Source of the DNA: Genypterus blacodes
Taxonomy: Eukaryota
Direction of reading: 5' to 3'
Length of the DNA stretch: 64,000 nucleotides
NCBI RefSeq assembly: GCF_046128005.1
Contig: NW_027466835.1
Coordinates: forward strand, 4,814,430-4,878,429
In this document: piece after piece, positions 41,537 through 51,680 of the stretch
How positions within the stretch are numbered: the stretch's first letter is position 1
Layout: every line of letters begins with the position of its first letter
Program-made: the position numbers and the translations under genes
Notes under the pieces: generated by a model
The model's database searches: none
The model's input: only the letters and a program-made list of their open reading frames with translations
What the model was told of the DNA's origin: nothing

Positions 41537-41620
41537 GGGAAGTTTTGGCAGACGATGGGTTTCTCCGCAAACGGCAAGCAGTGTCTCCTCCCTGAAGAGG
41601 CTCTCTACCTAATGGAGTGT
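41537..41620 (+). CDS. tsen54: tsen54 exon ([28 protein letters not shown])
   Basis: This matches human [28 protein letters not shown]. The acceptor is cacacag and the donor is GTGAGT at 41621. Confidence 0.85.
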
Positions 41621-41732
41621 GTGAGTGCCAGATGAAGCCAGTTCGCTGGGGTGTGGTTAAGTTTGTTTATTCAAACGGAAACAACATGTCGCAGAGATGG
41701 TGAACACTGTCTCTGTATGTGGACGTGCACAG

Positions 41733-41831
41733 GGAAACCTGCAGGTGTTTCACCGCAAGCTGCCGCTGTCCATCCAGGACGGATACGAAAGGTTCCTGTC
41801 CTCACAAACACTGAGCCTGCAGCAGTACCAG
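41733..41831 (+). CDS. tsen54: tsen54 exon (GNLQVFHRKLPLSIQDGYERFLSSQTLSLQQYQ)
   Basis: This matches human [33 protein letters not shown]. It is flanked by acceptor gtgcacag and donor GTACAA. Confidence 0.85.
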
Positions 41832-41920
41832 GTACAACACTCAGGCGTCTCTCTGACAGTTCAGCCTCTATAACCAAAGAAAGTAGAATGATGATGTGAC
41901 ATTTGTTTTCCATCATAAAG

Positions 41921-41973
41921 GTGTTTGGGCATCTGAAGAGACTGGGCTATGTGGTGAACAGATTTGATCCCAG
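41921..41973 (+). CDS. tsen54: tsen54 exon (VFGHLKRLGYVVNRFDP, phase-2 end)
   Basis: This matches human VFSHLKRLGYVVRRFQP. The acceptor is catcataaag and the donor is GTAACA at 41974. Confidence 0.85.
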
Positions 41974-42353
41974 GTAACAGAACCTCACACACGCTGCCAT
42001 GCTGTGGAACTCAACTCCTCCTGTCTCACTCGGCTTTGATCTATGCTTCTGTTTCAATATATTTAAATGATTTTATTTTTATTTTACCCTCAGTGCTGTT
42101 GTATATTTTATTTATTTTATGTTCAGCACCTTCAGCTGCATTTTTATGTGTGAAAGGTCAATTACAATTCTTAATTAATGAACTAATCTGGGGTGAATGA
42201 GCGTAGAAATTTAAGACTTAAACTACTTTCACATCTCTGTACATAACATAACTCAAGACAGACTAATCCCATCCCAGTGATCTTTGATATTTTACTTTGG
42301 CTGTGATTTCTCTGCTTGGCTGGATTCTGGTCCTTGTCCTCGGCTCCTTGCAG

Positions 42354-42464
42354 CGCAGAGACGTCTTCCTATGCCAAACAGCTGAACCTGCCTCAGGCAC
42401 GAGACAAAGCAGCGAGGCACCTGAAGAGGAAACACAGCGACAGCAGCAGCGCCGCCACATCGAG
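42354..42464 (+). CDS. tsen54: tsen54 exon (SAETSSYAKQLNLPQARDKAARHLKRKHSDSSSAATS)
   Basis: This matches human [36 protein letters not shown]. The acceptor is ctccttgcag and the donor is GTAATG at 42465. Confidence 0.8.
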
Positions 42465-42505
42465 GTAATGACAAACACAATGTGATCCGTCCCCACACAG
42501 CAGAG

Positions 42506-42508
<3 letters not shown>

Positions 42509-42540
<32 letters not shown>
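42509..42540. repeat. (AC)n microsatellite in a tsen54 intron
   Basis: An acacac run between the tsen54 exons at 42464 and 42990. Confidence 0.9.
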
Positions 42541-42544
<4 letters not shown>

Positions 42545-42989
42545 GTACAGTTTGTACTGTTTGATCAGCTGCACACATCTCTTTGTGGGGAACCAAGTAA
42601 ACACAAGGTGTGGCACATTCAATTGACATGTTTAACATTATTATAAAACATTTTCATACATAATCATAGTCATTAGTTGCCTCACCAAAGTGTAGCTGCT
42701 GCCTGTTGCTTCATCTTCTTATGCTCATTTAGAAACCTTTGCAATGCCTTAATGTCCGAAACACAGATTGTATCATTTCTGCTCTACCATGCTCGTGCAC
42801 CGCTTTGCACACTGAGTGAAAACCGTACAAAACTCCACACCTTACTACATCTGATTTTCACCCCTTTGAATGGGTTTCTGCCACAGCCATGAACTTAAAG
42901 GAAGCTTCATGCATGAGCTTTGTGTTGGTGCTGTGTAGATCATGATCTTTGAAGTTTCCCATCAGTCATCAGTGTGTGTTTTCTGTCAG

Positions 42990-43482
42990 TACTTACACAG
43001 AAGCACAAGAGGGGTCCACTTCAGAGAGAATGGAGGAGGGAGAGTCTGAGGCTAAAGAGAAGGAGCAGCAGGCCAAAGACCCCACAGAGCATCCTGCAGA
43101 GCTTCCAGCCTCTCCGGAGGGTCCTGCAGCCCGGTATCCCGCCGCAAGCTCATCACATGAGGGCCGGGGGGACGGAGCCTGGTGGGCGGCGGATGCCCTC
43201 AGAGACTCGGGTCACAAGTCTGATCATCTGCCGGTGAGCGGTCCCCCGCGCTGGGATTTCCGCTCCATCTCCTTCCCGGACCTGGGTTCCAGGGAGAGCC
43301 AGCCCCTCCGTCTGGCCGCCCCGGACCCCTCTCTGCTGCCGGGCGCTCTGGCTGTGGGACTTTGCGACGTCTCCTCCTGGAGGAAGAGACTAAACATGTG
43401 GGAGGTAAAGATGTCGTCGAGAGAGCGCAAGAGGGAACACGACCAGTATGGATTAAGGCAGGACGTCAACGCAGACAGAGAG
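42990..43482 (+). CDS. tsen54: tsen54 large central exon
   Basis: This lies in the frame of ORF 42949..43929. The segment RWDFRSISFPDLGSRESQPLRLAAPDPSLLPGALA...WRKRLNMWEVKMSSRERKREHDQYGLRQDVNADRE matches human [35 protein letters not shown]...[35 protein letters not shown]. The acceptor is ttttctgtcag and the donor is GTTTGT at 43483. The exact acceptor position is the least certain of the boundaries in this gene. Confidence 0.75.
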
Positions 43483-43559
43483 GTTTGTAGCAGCCGACGA
43501 CTTTGTCCGCCAGTTAAGAGTCGCATAGGAATACGGGAATTCACGTTTTTGCCCCGCAG

Positions 43560-43695
43560 GTTCGCCGCTGCAGAAACTGGGCGGAGTATCGCGAGCTGCG
43601 GGCAAAGCGCCAGGGCAAGGTCAAAGGTCGACCGCCACACCTGTGGAACAGAGAGGTCACTCCTTTACACGACCCCACGCAACGGATATCCACCG
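43560..43695 (+). CDS. tsen54: tsen54 exon (VRRCRNWAEYRELRAKRQGKVKGRPPHLWNREVTPLHDPTQRIST)
   Basis: This matches human [42 protein letters not shown]. The acceptor is ttgccccgcag and the donor is GTGAGC at 43696. Confidence 0.8.
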
Positions 43696-43801
43696 GTGAG
43701 CTCACACACACCTCACACACTCTCAGCCATGTCGCTTTGCTTCTATCTGAGGTTGAAACGTAACGACTGCTGTTCTGTTTGTCCTCTTTTTTTTATTCCA
43801 G

Positions 43802-43862
43802 CTGAGCTTTTGGATAAAATCAGTGTGATCAAATCCACTGATCTGCTGGAGGGAGCAGACAG
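43802..43862 (+). CDS. tsen54: tsen54 exon (AELLDKISVIKSTDLLEGAD)
   Basis: This matches human [20 protein letters not shown]. The acceptor is tttttttattccag and the donor is GTACTT at 43863. Confidence 0.8.
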
Positions 43863-44491
43863 GTACTTTGTCTTTATACGTCTGAACAGATTCTCACACG
43901 GCCTCAGCATTCACATCCTTTCCATTTGATTTAGAAGAGAAACAAAGGAATTTACTGTACTGATAAAAAAATATTTCTTGGGAAAAGTTGAAGACTTTGC
44001 AGAAATTTGGGGTTAAAGTTGAATTATGAAGAAACTGAAAATCTATTTGAATTGTTCAGTTCCTTACATGTAGCAGAGTAGCAGCCAGTAAGACAAACAC
44101 ACAAGCCTCCTTATTGATCGGTTCTTGTATCTGTTGCATGCTGACATCAACAGAGCAGCCTGTGCTCCCTCCCTGTGCACAGTGGTGCTGTAGCGAGGGA
44201 GCGCAGACTTGGATCGGCGTCGCAAAGGTTTCAAAGTAAATCTGCGAATTCTCTTGTCTACGAAACCAAAAGGACAAATCTGTCTCATCAGCATTCCTTG
44301 TTGACCTTCAGCCTTCATGCTTGGCTCTCGCAGGCTTCCAGAATGATTACTATTGATTCTGTTGTATGATGTAAGACGTATTGGCGTGGGACCAAAGACA
44401 AGCGCAGTGTGTTTGTCAGTGGATTTGATATATTCCCAGCCACGCGAAGGAAAACGGCGCCGGTAGACGACCTTCTGCTTTGTCTGCACAG

Positions 44492-44605
44492 GTTGAAAAG
44501 TTCGGACGATTGGAGGATTTGTTTCAATGTTTACCAACCTGATACGGTGTCTGACTTCAAGAAGAGCAACCCGGGGAAACCTTATTCTCGCATGTGTGTC
44601 TGCAG
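44492..44605 (+). CDS. tsen54: tsen54 exon (RLKSSDDWRICFNVYQPDTVSDFKKSNPGKPYSRMCVC)
   Basis: This matches human [39 protein letters not shown]. The acceptor is tctgcacag and the donor is GTAAGT at 44606. Confidence 0.85.
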
Positions 44606-44905
44606 GTAAGTAATCCCCGCAAAACGTCCACAGGGATGTTGACTCAGGACACCTGAGTACAGTTGAACAAACAGCAAAAGTGTGGACTCAACACAGAGCT
44701 TATTAAAATGTCCCACAGCACTTTGGGGAAATGATTAGTCTGCAACTTTGACTATTTCTTGTAGGGACATCTCTGCCAGAGACGGAGAATCAATTTAATT
44801 TGCTGCTAAGTGTCCTTCGTGATCAATCACAAATGGACCTGTATCTCTAATCAATAAAATGATCCATAACCTCCCGGTCCCTCGTCTCCCTGTCTCGCCT
44901 CACAG

Positions 44906-45056
44906 TTTTGACGGTCCTGTGCCTGACCTGCGAGACATGAAGCTGCTGAGCTTCAAGAGCGGGGACGTCCCTGTGGTGTTTGCCGTGGTGGACATTGGAG
45001 ACATCTCCTTCTACACCTTCAAAGACTTCAAGCTGCCCTCTGACGTTTATCCCTGA
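44906..45056 (+). CDS. tsen54: tsen54 terminal coding exon (stop TGA 45054-45056)
   Basis: The translation [50 protein letters not shown] matches the human C-terminus [50 protein letters not shown]. The acceptor is ctcgcctcacag. Confidence 0.9.
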
Positions 45057-45524
45057 GAACCGTCGATGGCCTGAGAACAACCAGAGTGCTTAAACTGGAC
45101 GAAATGCATCTTAACTGCTGGACTGGACAGATTCTCACAAAGAATGTAAATAATACGGGTTGCAGTAGTTTAAATACATCATGTTTTTCGTAGAAGAATC
45201 CGGTAATTTTGTAAAGCCAAAATTCTCAGCACCTGGTGACATCATGTTAATCGTCAAATCTTTCCAATTTTTGCAAGAGAATCTTTATTACAATGTGTTT
45301 GTTGTGTTGATTATGTTCTTCTGAAAATGTTTGTGTGCCAAAAAACAACATACAGTGAAGTAACTCAATCAGGAAAAATTACACTTTTTACTCAAACCCT
45401 CACTTTGTTGGAGTGGTAAGAAGCAGCAGCAAACAGGGTGTAACATGAGGGTATTAGACTTTTGAGTGGTGATGTCATTATTGTCGACATAAGAAAAACA
45501 TATCCCTCCCTGTAGTAGAGATAC

Positions 45525-45530
45525 AATAAA
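45525..45530 (+). terminator. tsen54: candidate tsen54 polyadenylation signal AATAAA
   Basis: atacAATAAAgaacc, 470 nt after the tsen54 stop and 420 nt before the zacn ATG. Confidence 0.4.
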
Positions 45531-45949
45531 GAACCTGCAGCTATCGGATGTATCATTTTATCCCTGCCATTAAATGAAACGCAGGTGTTTGGCTCTTAAT
45601 GCTCAAACAAACATGCGGTGACCTCATGTGTTTCTTTAAAACTCTCCTCTATATACATGCATCAAATATCGCTGCGGGTTCCAGACCTTTGTGTCGCTGA
45701 AAGCTTCTGGAGTCTCTGCCTCTGCCTGTATTTACTCTCCTGTTGACCCTTCCCTTGATTCTGGACTCGCACCGGTGGTTTGTATTATTTCCACAAACAA
45801 AACCTGTCCAATGCCTTTACAATGCTATTAATTAAATCTATTGATCCCTCTCACACTCTGCTGTTGTGTTGTTTGAGTAAGTGACCAGCTCCCGTCAGCT
45901 TTGCAGTTTAAAAGGACTGGCTCACGTTTCCCTGAAGGCAAACGCAGCC

Positions 45950-45989
45950 ATGTCGCCTTTGAGGACTGTGGCCTTCTTTGCTCTAATGG
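45950..45989 (+). CDS. zacn: zacn exon 1 (signal peptide start MSPLRTVAFFALM)
   Basis: The ATG is followed by a hydrophobic signal-like peptide. The GTGAGT donor at 45990 leaves a phase-1 end that matches the phase-1 start of exon 2. Confidence 0.6.
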
Positions 45990-46141
45990 GTGAGTGTGTG
46001 GTAGTGATTTCATTAATTAAAGCATCAACGTATTAACACATAGCGATGGGGACATATGAAGCACTTCCAGTCACTTGAAAGGTATTAATGATATGTATTA
46101 ATAAGCCTCTGATGTAATCTCTCTGTGTTCTTCTGCTTCAG

Positions 46142-46308
46142 CTGGAGTTTGCAGTATTCAGGACTCGGACTGCTCAACGGTGAGGCTCCTGGATCACTTG
46201 AACCTAATGAAACATAACGACATGCTGGCAGACGTGCGACCTGTGCACGACTGGAGAACGCCGACAAATGTCACCATAGATGCGGTGATTATTGGTATCT
46301 TGGAAGTG
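46142..46308 (+). CDS. zacn: zacn exon 2 (N-terminal extracellular domain)
   Basis: The translation ...RLLDHLNLMKHNDMLADVRPVHDWRTPTNVTIDAVIIGILEV shows the canonical Cys-loop receptor N-terminal pattern (compare 5-HT3A RLSDYLL..YRKGVRPVRDWRKPTTVSIDVIVYAILNV). The acceptor is ttctgcttcag and the donor is GTGAGT at 46309. Confidence 0.75.
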
Positions 46309-46398
46309 GTGAGTGCCTTTGCTATTCCACGTGTATTGTTCGGAGGTTGTCCTCATTGTGATGTCATTGTGGATTAACAAATTGTTGATTTTGTGCAG

Positions 46399-46443
46399 GA
46401 TGAGAAAGAGCAGACATTGACCACCCACTCTTTCTTCTCAATG
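46399..46443 (+). CDS. zacn: zacn exon 3 (DEKEQTLTTHSFFSM)
   Basis: The conserved DEK.Q.LTT motif of Cys-loop receptors is present. The acceptor is ttttgtgcag and the donor is GTGAGC at 46444. Confidence 0.75.
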
Positions 46444-46543
46444 GTGAGCCTCTTCGAGATGTTTTAGTGAAGTTCAAGTCAATGTCTCGTGCAGTTTGAC
46501 AGTGGGATGTTGTAAGTTGTAAGATTTTCCTGTCCTTGCACAG

Positions 46544-46653
46544 ACCTGGATGAACGAGTTCTTAAATTGGAATTCAACTAACTTTTGTGGGATAAAGGAG
46601 GTGCCTGTTCGGAGGGCAAAGCTCTGGACCCCCGATATTCTCACCTACCAGGA
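46544..46653 (+). CDS. zacn: zacn exon 4 (TWMNEFLNWNSTNFCGIKEVPVRRAKLWTPDILTYQ)
   Basis: The W..L.WN.S and WTPDI(L) motifs are present. The exon resembles human ZAC SWLDTRLAWNTSAHP...WESLWTPRLTILEA. The donor is GTACGT at 46654, ending in phase 2. Confidence 0.75.
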
Positions 46654-46790
46654 GTACGTACACAACTCAACAGGGATGCCAGACAGTTGAAGAGAAGAAG
46701 TGAAGCAGAATGTTGTGTTGAAGTTTTTTTGTTTTGTCCAGAGATATGGTGTTGTAGTGTTCACTATTAAAATCTTCTTCACCCCATCAG

Positions 46791-46963
46791 TACTTCTGAC
46801 GTTGGGAGCATGAGGATGAGTCCATTTCTCACACTGAAGTCCACTGGTATGGTTTACTCCAGCGCAATCCAGCGCCTCACCTCTACCTGTGAGCTGGATC
46901 TCAACATGTTCCCCTTCGATAGGCAGACTTGCTTCATCACCTTCTCGTCCATGAGCGCTCCAG
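46791..46963 (+). CDS. zacn: zacn exon 5 (contains the Cys loop CELDLNMFPFDRQTC)
   Basis: The exon has the C-x13-C signature with the FPFD motif (human ZAC CNFELLHFPRDHSNC, 5-HT3A CSLDIYNFPFDVQNC). It lies in frame with ORF 46810..47049. The donor is GTAACA at 46964, ending in phase 1. Confidence 0.8.
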
Positions 46964-47246
46964 GTAACATGAACACAGCAGGTGAACCTCTGTTAACACT
47001 CCGACTGTGTGTTTGTGTTCAACCTGATGGTGACATCATAACCATTTGACCACTTTGATGTTTAACCTTTAAAATTTGATCACTTTAGTCTAATTAGATT
47101 TCCCAACTCTTTAGCATCTTCTACAAAATGGAGTGGGCGTGGCTTATTCTACATAACGTGATTAACAAATGAATAAGACTATTTTCCACTCACATCTTAA
47201 GAGTCCATTTCCAGATTAATTTGAGAATGTCTTTTTTGCTGCACAG

Positions 47247-47380
47247 AAAAGACATTACTAGGAACAACGGGCAATGACACAATGCTCACCAGCACGTCTG
47301 AATACTATATGGCTACACATGGAGAATGGGCACTTGTGAACATTACTATTACTAGCCAAAATACGAAACTTGAATACAAG
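47247..47380 (+). CDS. zacn: zacn exon 6 (end of extracellular domain, GEWALVNITITSQNTKLEYK)
   Basis: This matches 5-HT3A GEWELLGV and the human ZAC equivalent. The acceptor is ttgctgcacag and the donor is GTGAGA at 47381. Confidence 0.7.
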
Positions 47381-47467
47381 GTGAGAAAATACGTGTAGTA
47401 AACCTTTAACGATGTGCAAAGGTATACATTTTGTCTTTAATCTTCAGATTTTGTTTTGCTCCTGCAG

Positions 47468-47672
47468 GTCACTCTCGAAAGGAAACCGATGCTGTATTTT
47501 ATAAACCTGATTGTGCCGTTGTGCTGTTTCCTGCTGTTGGATTTGTCTTCCTTCTTCATCAGTGGGGTGGAAAAGCTCAGCTTTAAAGTGACCATACTCC
47601 TGTCCATTTCTGTCTTACTGCTGATTCTTCAAGACATGTTGCCTTCGACTGAAGACACTCTGCCAATGATGG
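47468..47672 (+). CDS. zacn: zacn exon 7 (pre-M1, M1 and M2: ...RKPMLYFINLIVPLCCFLLLDLSSFFISGVEKLSFKVTILLSISVLLLILQDMLPSTEDTLPMM)
   Basis: This lies in frame with ORF 47456..47839. The M2 segment KVTILLSISVLLL matches human ZAC KVTLLLSYLVL and 5-HT3A KITLLLGYSVFL. The donor is GTGAGA at 47673, ending in phase 1. Confidence 0.8.
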
Positions 47673-47757
47673 GTGAGAGCTGGCTTACAAACCTCAGACC
47701 ACCAGACCAGACAACCACGATCACGCCTTTTATTGTGTTACTGCGCTTTTATTCCAG

Positions 47758-47916
47758 CTATGTTCTGCCTGTTAATCTTCCTCATGGTGGGCTGCAGCCT
47801 CATGGAGTCCATAATTGTTGGCTTTCTTCTCAACTTTGATCCTCACTGTGGCAAAAAAGCTCAATACTCCCCAGAGGCGAATTTGGAGAAGCAGCAAGAA
47901 CTCAACCATCAGCAAG
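47758..47916 (+). CDS. zacn: zacn exon 8 (M3: AMFCLLIFLMVGCSLMESIIVGFLLNF... start of M3-M4 loop)
   Basis: This lies in the frame of ORF 47673..48008. The acceptor is cttttattccag and the donor is caag|GTTGTA at 47917. The phase is compatible with exon 9. This donor is the least certain junction in the zacn model. Confidence 0.6.
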
Positions 47917-48253
47917 GTTGTATTATTAACTGTTTATTGGCTTTTAAAAGGTGCTGTATGCTGTGTTCTAACCCACCAGTTTATTGGTGTCAAACTGATA
48001 CCAACTGAAACCTTGATGTAGGCAAATTTGTTGTTTCCAAAAGGCAATAATGATACGGCAAATGTAGTTTATGAGAACCTTCATTCCAGTGCAGTGCAAG
48101 AAGGAGAACAGTTACTTAACATACCAGGCTGTGTGTGATCCAGATATGAATGTATGATTTTGCAGCCTTAATGAGGGAATATTGACACGTTTGCAACAAT
48201 ACCTAAATGGGTTACAGTAGTTTGATGAATTGTCTTTGCCTTCCGCCATGCAG

Positions 48254-48549
48254 AAACTAACAGCGCTGCAGGGATGATTGAGGAGGGAGCAGACAGTCAC
48301 CAGCTTGGTTTACAGTTGCCCACTGACATCTTCCTGCTTCAACAAATCCTGGATGAGGTGAAGAGAGAGAAGCAGGAATGCTCCTCTGCTGCTGGGGAAG
48401 ACCAGAAGACTCCTGGATGTTTTAAACGAGTGGTGAAAATCATGGACTTCATGTATTTTGTCCTATACGCGATTGGTGTTGGATATTTTCTTGCCCACAT
48501 ATATTGGTACTGGTTTCCTCTGGGATTTTTTGTGGCTCCGACAGATTAA
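48254..48549 (+). CDS. zacn: zacn terminal exon (MA helix and M4; stop TAA 48547-48549)
   Basis: ORF 48274..48549 gives ...KRVVKIMDFMYFVLYAIGVGYFLAHIYWYWFPLGFF... This is a typical M4 helix of Cys-loop receptors (5-HT3A LLFHIYLLAVLAYSITLVMLWSIWQYA). The acceptor is ccgccatgcag. The 9 exons together encode 442 aa. Confidence 0.75.
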
Positions 48550-48860
48550 ATATGTATTTATCATCTATCCAGTGGGCATCTTTACATTGGTGGAACTTTG
48601 GTAGTGGGGTTCATTTATGCACATAGCGGAGTAAATTTCAGTTTACCCTCTGTTTTGCAGTTGTCTTTAACTTTTTACGTTATTTTAGTCTGTTACTGTT
48701 CTTTATTTGACCCCCCGTTTTTGCTGGATCCAGACTAGGTGATGCCCTTCTTTTCAGGCATATTTTGTTTAACCCATAGGACGGAACAGGTGGCTGATAG
48801 GTGGTCATTGAACGTATCATAAAGCTCTGTAGACAGGCTCTTTAAGGGGAAACGGTAATA

Positions 48861-48912
48861 GATAGATCTATAGATCGTTAGATCGATGGATAGATAGATA
48901 GATAGATAGATA
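48861..48912. repeat. (GATA)n-like tetranucleotide repeat
   Basis: gatagatctatagatcgttagatcgatggatagatagatagatagatagata downstream of zacn. Confidence 0.85.
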
Positions 48913-49989
48913 CTTTATTCTAGTCATTTTGCATGCAATTCACGGCAATCACATACAATTAATATTTGTCTTTGTATTTGTCTCATGTAAATATACATAT
49001 TTTTGCTTCAAATACATTTCTTTCTGCTGCTTGTCTTCTTTAATTTATGGGGAAAAGTGTATTAAGGCCACAACATCTAAGAATTGAAGAATTTCTGCCC
49101 TCTGGTGGTCAAAATTCAGTTATTGCAACTTTTGTGCCAAAGTTCACATTCCTATAAAAAAGCTATTATGAGGAGTTATCAGTAAATTCAATCGTGTAAT
49201 TTGAGATAATAAGTAAGATTAGACAGATTAAACAATAACATGTTGCTGACGGAGCTCCTGCATCGTGGGCTAATGAACCCCCCCGCCCCACATCAGTTTG
49301 AGAACCACAAATGGGACATGGTTGGACTCATGGATTTCTGAATCTGATGATGGATGTCACAAAACCGCTATTAATCCACACAATTTCCCATCTATCTATC
49401 CATTTCCGTCCCAGCCAGGTACGTTATGTCATATGACTGATCGATGGTAAATTTGATGTTCATTTCTGCCGCCTGGGTACATCAATGGGGCGGATAAAAG
49501 CAAAAGAAACAACACCGAAAACATTACAATTTCTGAGATTGCTGTTTCAACCATCTATTATGTATTCAATGCAAATATTAAGTGAAAGCTACATAATTTT
49601 GCAATATAAAACCTGTTTACTAGCAGGGAAATCACACACCGGGAGGCCAGGTAACATAAACGAGCGCTTTCAGTTTGGTGTGCCTGTACCCCGTGATTTA
49701 AAATTCCCGAACATCAAGCAATAAACAGGAACACCAAGTTACAACTATGATACAACACATCGGGAGATTCACAATAAAAGTCTTAGACCTTCTTTTCTAT
49801 GTTAAGATTTTATTTTGAAAGAAATACACGGAAGTAGAATTTATGTTGACGGAATGTTACGTCTGTTTAAGTCATAGCTGGCTTCAGGTAGCTGAATACA
49901 AGAGTTTAGCTAGTCCGTGGGAGAGTTTCCTGCAAGCTTCATGTCAACAGCCGCTCGTCTTCACACAAACAACTGGTGCCCATGTTAGC

Positions 49990-50111
49990 TCGATGCTTAG
50001 CGTTTCTGTTAAAACCAGCTAGTTAGCAAGCAAGTGTGGATCTGATCCAGCTGACAGTCTGGAGCGCCCTGCTAGTCTCAAGGCTAACGTAGCAACACTC
50101 ATTCAGAGAAG
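49990..50111 (+). other. tmem104: candidate tmem104 5' noncoding exon ending at a GTGAGC donor
   Basis: agaag|GTGAGC at 50111/50112. The sequence upstream is rich in GCTAGC, GTTAGC and GCTAAC words. The next exon (acceptor at about 50638) carries the ATG. Confidence 0.3.
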
Positions 50112-50663
50112 GTGAGCTTTGTTTACCCGTATCTCAAATAACGCTACATGTGTAACTAGAAAATTACAAACTAGTTTTTCGCATGTACTGACTCAGTAAG
50201 ATAACTTTCAATGTTATTATTGCACATTGGTAATTCTTGTGTGAGAGCTGATCAGCATGTGTGGCACTACCAGCAAGGCAACGTCAGCTTACTGAGCTCG
50301 ACAATGACTTTAAGAACAAAGTTAAATTCTTAAACCAAACACACATGGATTTCATTTGCGGTGGCGTATATTTACGATTCGTTAATAAAGCTATTAAAAT
50401 AAATCGGCGTTGGTTTCGTTTATGCTCTTGTCACCAAAATGCAGCAACGAGTTACAAATGTTTAAGTATTAGTCGCTTAATGGGAGTTTTGTTTTTGCCT
50501 AATTGAGTTATGAAACCTTTGTAGTGTGTCATTCAGCATTTTCTCACTTTGCTAAATACTGAAGTGTTCAAATCCCACAGCAGCTAATGGGCGGTACTGT
50601 TGTTTTCATGACACCATATTTGTTTGTTTATCCCTCAGGTCTCCAGCAGTGTTGTTGTAAAAC

Positions 50664-50708
50664 ATGGCAGGTGGAATCACAGAAAGCGGGGAGCCTTACT
50701 CTGCTTTT
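50664..50708 (+). CDS. tmem104: tmem104 first coding exon (MAGGITESGEPYSAF)
   Basis: The ATG follows the acceptor tccctcag at about 50638. From memory, the peptide matches human TMEM104 MAGGETGAPYSPW... The donor is GTGAGT at 50709. A candidate 5' noncoding exon ends at a GTGAGC donor near 50111. Confidence 0.7.
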
Positions 50709-51558
50709 GTGAGTATCATGGATGTTTCTTACTTCATGTCAGCACTGTGTCTGTGGTAAATGTGCAGGGGGCTCTTGTAAACATGTGACTGGTCAGTAAG
50801 CTTTCCCTTTAAACGTGATGGTTCCGGTTGCAGTGCAGAGTTTTCTGAATGCAAAGTCCAGCAGACCGAAGCAATCAATCCCAACAACACTGCAAGAATT
50901 TACGATCTTGAAAATGTCCCTTATGGGTACTTGTATAATCTTTTATTGTGTATTTTAATACCGGTTAGACAGCTTATCTATCATTGTATTTGAATAATCC
51001 GTCACAACAAAGAAAGGTACTTCTTAATGCCAATATAAGGCCGTCACGTAAGGACTTGAAAGTGTAGTAAAAAAGCAAGAGGAACCTGTAACGCTTACTC
51101 ATCGTCTTCCTTTCTAACACATCGTCCCTATTTCCGGCCTATGTTCTGTTTGGGCCTCTTATTCAAGGCCCTGTCTTTGCTTATGGCAGCATAACGTCAC
51201 CACAAACCAATCGTTTCTGCTGCTCAAATGCTTTTTCCAGGAAGCCAGATCTTTGAATCATTTAAAGCACTCTGCCATTCGATAGGGGGAAGTGCTGCAC
51301 AATTAGCCCAGTTGTCTTCCTCTCTATTGGGTGATTACACCTGTACCTGACTGTCACGTATTATCCAACCAGTGCAGTGACACACTCTGTAACATTATGT
51401 GTGCAGTTTAAATCTTTAAAGAAAACTTAGATGCAAAAAATATCCCAATCTCCAATCCAGCAGTGAAAGAAGAATAATGTAAAAACTCAAAATACAACAG
51501 AACACTTGAAACAGTATGAATAAGGTTTAATCGCCACGTTCTTGTCTGTGTTTCCCAG

Positions 51559-51680
51559 GTGGGGTTGGTGTATATGTTCAATCTGATTGTGGGAACTGGA
51601 GCTCTGACGATGCCCAAGGCCTTCGCTGAAGCCGGCTGGGTGGTCAGCTTAGCCCTCATTTCCTTTCTAGGGTTTATGAG
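51559..51680 (+). CDS. tmem104: tmem104 exon (VGLVYMFNLIVGTGALTMPKAFAEAGWVVSLALISFLGFM)
   Basis: From memory, the peptide is near-identical to the human TMEM104 N-terminal transmembrane segment (VGLIYIFNLIVGTGALTMPKAFATAGW...). The acceptor is tttcccag and the donor is GTGAGT at 51681. Confidence 0.85.
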
